In this document: positions 58,417 through 64,000 of the stretch, one piece after another
How positions within the stretch are numbered: the stretch's first letter is position 1
Layout: each line of letters starts with the position of its first letter
Origin: a virus
IMG/VR virus record: IMGVR_UViG_3300025133_000028
DNA: 64,000 nucleotides
Reading direction: 5' to 3' (one strand)
The notes under the pieces: model-generated
What the model saw: only the letters and a program-made list of their open reading frames with translations
Databases searched by the model: none
What the model was told of the DNA's origin: nothing
Translations under genes and position numbers: made by a program

Positions 58417-61400
58417 TTAAAAACCGTGAGTATAAAGTTCCATACTGCCAGAAGGTTGTGATTCAAGAATATTTGGCATTACAAGTGGCATATTATTATT
58501 TACACCACTTTCACCACCTTCGACAAATAAATTCATATTATTATTTTCACCAGATTGAGCCAACAAGTGTAACGACACACGATGATGAACACCATTAAAC
58601 TGTCGGTTAATAAACAAATTCATATTATCATTAAACGGTACAGCACCTAAAGTTCCAGAAGGAGCAGCCATAAACAACGGAATATTTCCAGATTCTAAAA
58701 CATAATCGTTTTGCAAGAACAATGGAATATTATCATTAACAGAATTGTCGTTTTCTAAGAACAAATTCATGTTAGAAGTTAAATCAGATGAAGCATCTCC
58801 TTGCATAACCAAATTAAGCTGATAATCAGGGTCTGGTGTTCCTGATATTCCAATATGTAATGGTGTTGTGTTAAATACGCCAGAATTAGTGGTAGACCAC
58901 ATAAACAATGAAATGTCACCACTACTTTCTAATGGTGTTAAACCACTAGAATAAAGATTCATAGAAGCATTGTCATACAAACCACCTTTAATATATAGTG
59001 GAATACTACCAGAAATAGGTGCTCCGTTAATATATAAAGTAGTATCATCAAATTTAGTACCAGCTAAAGTATATAAAGGAATAAATTCATTTAGAATAGA
59101 ACCAGAAATATATACCGGAACACCAGAGGGTCCATTATTAACATGAACTCCTCCCAAAACGTGTAATGGCATATTGTCGTTGCTGGCTAAACTACCATCA
59201 ATAAATAAATCTAAATTTTCAGCAGCACCGCGATTTTTGATGAACAAGTCTAATTCATTGTCGTCAAAATCACCCAGAGTAAACAAAGGCATACTGCCAG
59301 TACCAGTAGCAGGAATACACAAAGCATCAAAGCCAACATTGTAAGAAAATAGTTTTAAATCGCCAAAATAATTCTCATTACCGTCTTGGTTGTATTGTAA
59401 GTCTACGGTTAGGTCATTGTCGTGAATCTCGCTTGCTAATATTTCTCCAATATCATTACTATTGTATAATCTGTATACCTGTTTTTCACCTGAAGGAAAA
59501 AATGTACTAAATTCTGCGAAATTAATAGGAAATCCGCCAGCATCTTCAAATATAACAGCACCATCAAACTTAACACCAGATACGTGATTAGTTGTGTGTT
59601 CTACACATACGTCCATCCATATAGAACTCGGACTTAATTGTAATGTATTATATAAAATACTGTCAGTGCCACCAATAGCGTATAAATTGTCAATATTCTT
59701 AATAATATTAGTATTATAGGCAGTATAACCAGTGACATCGGCTTTGGTGTTACCGCTTGGTAATATCCACCTAATAAACGAACTATCACCAGAACATTCG
59801 GCGGCTGTCGTTACAACATCACCAACATATTGTGCCGTATTTACTGTCTGCATAACAGTGCCAGACAATTCTGGTGTTGTTGCAGAAATCGGATTTCCAC
59901 TACCTATTCCAAAATCAGTAATCCATCCACCAAAAGAATTATTGCTAAAAAGTGTTGGATATCCAGACGGCACACCACCAACTGTCATTTTAGGATTGGG
60001 ATTGTTGATATATCTATTATTTGGGAAACTAACTGAACCCTTATTCTGTAAAAATCCATTTGCTGGTGAACCACCGTCTGTCCAAATATCAATACTATCT
60101 TCGTCAAAAACAAGTACAATAGTTGTAGTATATATATCTATAGCAGATGCAGAACTAGTCAAAGTAATCGGATTTAGTAAATCGTCATATCCACCAATAA
60201 GAATAGTATCATCTAACAAAGACACCTGAAGTTCAGCTTGTGATGGAAATCCTCTATAGAGAATAGTTTCATTTTGTGGAGTCTTACCGCCACTAGGAGC
60301 TACTCGTAGCATAACAAAATAGTTAGTAGGATTCGGAATAACAACCCTTTCACTAAAATCAATGTAAGCTTCCCCGAATGTACCACTAGACAAAGTTCCA
60401 GTAGGACCATAAATAGGTCCATGTGATTCTCTAAATTGGTCTCCCCAAACACCACTAAAGCCAGGAAAATAATCATGAGTCAAAATACCACTTGTGGCAC
60501 CATTTGTTGAATTGACTATTTTTCCTTGATATTCATTTATTGGCCAATATCCAACATCATAAATATTGTCTAATGATTGTTTACCAAAGTCATCACCACT
60601 TCCTCTTAAGGTCCAATATGCATTACCACCACCAGAAGGAGTTATTTCTTTTTGACACGCAAAAGTATGACCAAAAACATTCAGTCCCATCGTGTCATCT
60701 TCTGCATAATGCACATTTAAATGTGTGGCAGAAACTTGTACGCCAGATGGTAAACCAATAACTTTAAGTTCTAAATCACGAAACGCTTCTATAACATCAT
60801 GATGTCTGCGTTGTTGTGTACCGCTTCCATCTCCCCATGGAGTAGGTTGAAAAGCTTGATGTAAAGGATTATACCAGTTTAACTCACATGTGTAATTTTT
60901 AAATCCAGAATATTCAACAATCTGACCAACACCATATAGTTCTGGTGCGATATGTAGTTTTTTACCAACGCCAGCATAGTAACTTTTAATACAATGCGAA
61001 ATACCATATACTTCAAATTCATCACGTAAATTTACACCAGAAGTTGGAACATTCATTCTCATATTAAGAATAGCTCTACCAATTCTTGTATAATTTCCGC
61101 TACCTTGTAAAGCGCCAAAATATAAACTAAGATAATCTGTTTTTTTTGCAGATGACACTCCAAATGAATTTAATTGAAGATATTCAGTATCCGTATCAAC
61201 ACCACTCACAGGATGTGAAACTCTGCCTATATCGCTTGCACTTACAACAGCCGCAACATCGTTTCTCCAATCTCCACAATGTCCAATAAGACCACTTGGA
61301 TAAACTTCTGTCTCATATTGCATACTGTTGAAGTGGTTATTTCTAAATTGTCCACCAGAATAATATATTTCTACAGCATTTAATCGAGTACCAGAAGAAG

Positions 61401-62583
61401 CTGGAAAATCTATTCTTAATGATTCATAACGACTTTTTACATTACCATTATCGGCAGACGTAGGATAACAATTAAAGTCTAACAAACGAAAAATATCATC
61501 TCTAGTTCCATCTGTTAAGTCAATATGTCTAGTAGTAATGCCTTCATCAAAATCTACAGTGGTTAAAAACTTTTCATTTAACCAAAAATCTGTTGTGGCA
61601 GAAGAAGTAGTATTCACGCCACTAACTTTAACGGTGATTCTATCTGGAATTCTATTCGTCTTTTCTATTTTGAACAATGCAGTAACAGCACTACTGGTTG
61701 TTGTTTGCATATACTCATTTGCTGCATCTGCATTAACATCTACATCAATTTTTTCATATAACGAATTAGTATGACTTCTAAAATTATGATTTTGGTCAAC
61801 ATAGCCATCTTCATCATGTTCAAGAATGTCTCTTACAAATCTAACACGGTCTTGACTAGCAAGAGCTAAACAAGCATTGTATTCGCCAGAATTACTACAC
61901 AGGCACAAAGGTGTACCAGAATCTGTTACAGAAATAGGTCCAGATATATATAACGGTATATTATCGTTTAAGTCTACAAAAGACTCGCCAGAGGCAACCA
62001 CATTTAGTTCGTCGAACTTGGTATTTATAGAATTACTAGGAGTTGTTAAATCAAAAACTATTTCAGGATATCCATCAAGAGAAAAAGTTCTCCAAATTGG
62101 CTTAGTGTCGTGATTTACCGTTAGATTAATTGTCGTGGTTTCAAACTGACTAGCGTCTGGAATGTAAGTATTATCGCCGGAAGCAATTAAGACTTTGGTT
62201 TGAGCAAGGCCGGAATTTTGTAACTGATAATACCACAATTGCGGATTATTAAAGTTTATGTCACCACTACTTCTTATCTGGATACTGATAGAAGATGGCA
62301 ATACAGCAAAAGGTTCAAGCGTAAGTTGAGCATGTCCATTCGCTGGGTTGTGGTCTTCGTTATCTATCCAATACTCAGTACTAACAGGTGTTGCTACTCC
62401 GTCATTAATAAACGCAGATGCACTACCAGCACCAAAATCCGGCACCGAACTAAGTTCAGTATCAGATGGAGTTGTAGTACGTACACCATGCCATTCATTA
62501 ATGCATAATGCGTCACCATCAGTACCCTTTAGTACTCTGTTAGTCCTAGTAGGGTCTAAATATACAGTACGTTCTATACCCAT
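58417..62583 (-). CDS. large Ser-Gly-rich virion protein with C-terminal repeats (1388 aa)
   Basis: Acidic, beta-rich; about 42 SG dipeptides by manual count; (M/I)(P/N)L(F/Y) repeats. Confidence 0.7.
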   Translation of the reverse strand: MGIERTVYLDPTRTNRVLKGTDGDALCINEWHGVRTTTPSDTELSSVPDFGAGSASAFINDGVATPVSTEYWIDNEDHNPANGHAQLTLEPFAVLPSSISIQIRSSGDINFNNPQLWYYQLQNSGLAQTKVLIASGDNTYIPDASQFETTTINLTVNHDTKPIWRTFSLDGYPEIVFDLTTPSNSINTKFDELNVVASGESFVDLNDNIPLYISGPISVTDSGTPLCLCSNSGEYNACLALASQDRVRFVRDILEHDEDGYVDQNHNFRSHTNSLYEKIDVDVNADAANEYMQTTTSSAVTALFKIEKTNRIPDRITVKVSGVNTTSSATTDFWLNEKFLTTVDFDEGITTRHIDLTDGTRDDIFRLLDFNCYPTSADNGNVKSRYESLRIDFPASSGTRLNAVEIYYSGGQFRNNHFNSMQYETEVYPSGLIGHCGDWRNDVAAVVSASDIGRVSHPVSGVDTDTEYLQLNSFGVSSAKKTDYLSLYFGALQGSGNYTRIGRAILNMRMNVPTSGVNLRDEFEVYGISHCIKSYYAGVGKKLHIAPELYGVGQIVEYSGFKNYTCELNWYNPLHQAFQPTPWGDGSGTQQRRHHDVIEAFRDLELKVIGLPSGVQVSATHLNVHYAEDDTMGLNVFGHTFACQKEITPSGGGNAYWTLRGSGDDFGKQSLDNIYDVGYWPINEYQGKIVNSTNGATSGILTHDYFPGFSGVWGDQFRESHGPIYGPTGTLSSGTFGEAYIDFSERVVIPNPTNYFVMLRVAPSGGKTPQNETILYRGFPSQAELQVSLLDDTILIGGYDDLLNPITLTSSASAIDIYTTTIVLVFDEDSIDIWTDGGSPANGFLQNKGSVSFPNNRYINNPNPKMTVGGVPSGYPTLFSNNSFGGWITDFGIGSGNPISATTPELSGTVMQTVNTAQYVGDVVTTAAECSGDSSFIRWILPSGNTKADVTGYTAYNTNIIKNIDNLYAIGGTDSILYNTLQLSPSSIWMDVCVEHTTNHVSGVKFDGAVIFEDAGGFPINFAEFSTFFPSGEKQVYRLYNSNDIGEILASEIHDNDLTVDLQYNQDGNENYFGDLKLFSYNVGFDALCIPATGTGSMPLFTLGDFDDNELDLFIKNRGAAENLDLFIDGSLASNDNMPLHVLGGVHVNNGPSGVPVYISGSILNEFIPLYTLAGTKFDDTTLYINGAPISGSIPLYIKGGLYDNASMNLYSSGLTPLESSGDISLFMWSTTNSGVFNTTPLHIGISGTPDPDYQLNLVMQGDASSDLTSNMNLFLENDNSVNDNIPLFLQNDYVLESGNIPLFMAAPSGTLGAVPFNDNMNLFINRQFNGVHHRVSLHLLAQSGENNNMNLFVEGGESGVNNNMPLVMPNILESQPSGSMELYTHGF

Positions 62584-62604
62584 TATTTTTTACCTTGATT
62601 GATA

Positions 62605-64000
62605 TTAACCATTGTTCATACCAAATTCTGATTTAAGTCCAGCGATAGCAGTGTCTACTTGACCAACTACCATTTCTTTAACCACACTAATAAGCTTGCT
62701 TTGTATACCTTCTGCTAACGTATTACCACCAGCAAATGTAACATTGACATTATGTGTAGCAACATGATTAACTTCTCTTGGAAAATTATTCAGAGCTTCT
62801 ATATGGGTTTGTAATCCACTATTGAAAGAACTAACAGCAGCAGCAAATTTACCAGTATCTACACCTTCTCTGTTACTACTACTATCCGCTCGTATTCCAG
62901 CTTGCATTCCTGCTTGTAATCCAACTTTTCTAACTGGTCCACCGTGTTTGAATCCTTTAATACCAAGGTTTCGTCCAGCAATATTAGCGTCTCTTAAAAC
63001 ATCTCTAGGCATTCCTTTGTCTGTTCCTTTGTTTCTAATATATTTTAAAGCTGTTCGTAAAGCACGAACATCTGGAGTACTAGGCAGTGTTTCTAGTAGG
63101 TTTAATCCAGCTTCTGGATTGTTTTTTAATGATATTGCTGTTGTTCTGTTAAATATTCTTTGACGGTCTGAACCGCTATATCTCCTACCTTTGCTAATTG
63201 AATGATGTCTAAAAGCCCATTTTTTAGCTCTACGATTTCTTTCTGCTAACCAATTCGCTCTTCTTTCTGCTTTACCAGCTAAATAATTTTCTCTTCTTTC
63301 TGCTCTACGTCGTGGGTCTAGTCTTCTAACACGACCACCACGAGCAAATCTATCGGCATTGTTAAGCTCATTAAGTGCGTCTGGTCCTAAAGCAGAAGCG
63401 GCATCTTTGCGAATAACAAACTCACCAGGAGTTAACATAGCAGGAACAGTATCACGTCTACCAGAACCAGGAACACCACCCCCAGTATTTCTAACAATAC
63501 CAGCACCTATAGGAATTCTAGCAGATAAACCAATAAGAAAATCTTTTAAAGTAATATGTAGTTTATTGACAAAATTGTTTAAAATAGTTTTTTCGTAGTT
63601 TGCCAAAGCTAACGCAGCCGCAGCAGCTTGTTTTTGAACAATAATAGCTTCTTTTTGAAGTTTAACTATTTCAGCATCTTCTACTTTTAATGCACTGCCA
63701 AGATACTTACCTAAAGCACCCTCAAGAATCTTATTACCTGTTTCACCAGTTCTTCCTACAACTGCTCCACCAAATCTTTTCAAACCTGCTTGAATTAATC
63801 TAAGTTCGGCACCACCAATTTTAGATATGTCTCTGTCACCAGAAGCAAACTTCCTAGCAGCAAGCAACTCTTTAATTATTTGTCTTTGGCCTTTTCTGTC
63901 TGCTCCAATAAAACCTTCTGCAATACCAATCTTAGCTGCCCTAGCACTTTCTACTTCTTCTAATCTTTTTAGCGTATCAGCAGTACGACCAGAACCATCA
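62605..64000 (-). CDS. tail tape measure protein, C-terminal part (5' end outside window)
   Basis: GGGVPGSG..DTVPAMLTPGEFVIRKDAA, FARGGRV and FKHGGPV motifs; Ala/Gly-rich helical. Confidence 0.8.
   Translation of the reverse strand, partial: DGSGRTADTLKRLEEVESARAAKIGIAEGFIGADRKGQRQIIKELLAARKFASGDRDISKIGGAELRLIQAGLKRFGGAVVGRTGETGNKILEGALGKYLGSALKVEDAEIVKLQKEAIIVQKQAAAAALALANYEKTILNNFVNKLHITLKDFLIGLSARIPIGAGIVRNTGGGVPGSGRRDTVPAMLTPGEFVIRKDAASALGPDALNELNNADRFARGGRVRRLDPRRRAERRENYLAGKAERRANWLAERNRRAKKWAFRHHSISKGRRYSGSDRQRIFNRTTAISLKNNPEAGLNLLETLPSTPDVRALRTALKYIRNKGTDKGMPRDVLRDANIAGRNLGIKGFKHGGPVRKVGLQAGMQAGIRADSSSNREGVDTGKFAAAVSSFNSGLQTHIEALNNFPREVNHVATHNVNVTFAGGNTLAEGIQSKLISVVKEMVVGQVDTAIAGLKSEFGMNNG

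Noticed and set aside
1-64000. Stop-codon reassignment
   Set aside because: Conserved genes are full length in code 11 and end at TAA, TAG and TGA; no suppressor anticodon among the tRNAs

Overview
AT-rich, densely coding 64-kb segment of a large tailed dsDNA bacteriophage in standard genetic code. A Planctomycetota host is a weak inference only. Positions 1-51.7 kb are co-oriented on the + strand. (i) 1-4.6 kb is an RNA-metabolism locus: CCA-adding enzyme, six tRNA or tRNA-like genes (four with deviant cloverleafs), GroES, and a promoter driving two tandem Y-RNA-like hairpins upstream of a Ro60/TROVE gene. (ii) Nucleotide metabolism: dCMP deaminase, class II RNR with a LAGLIDADG intein ending in Arg-Arg instead of His-Asn, MazG-like protein, PhoH, dNMP kinase. 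(iii) Replication and recombination: RecA, DnaB, DnaG, DnaE split into two intein-free genes 4.1 kb apart, DEDDh exonuclease, SSB, sigma factor. (iv) Hexosamine genes (GlmS, eukaryote-type GNA1) and a ~14.5-kb glycan-biosynthesis island. (v) An ALDH7-family dehydrogenase. After a bidirectional terminator, 51.7-64 kb carries an HNH endonuclease and virion/tail genes on the - strand, some strongly enriched in Ser-Gly dipeptides. Strongest novelty candidates: the Ro60/Y-RNA/atypical-tRNA/CCA module, a possible Ser-Gly-directed virion glycosylation system, the Arg-terminated intein, two AUU-initiated genes, and a recurrent promoter-RNA-terminator leader architecture. All calls come from motif reading by eye; no searches were run.
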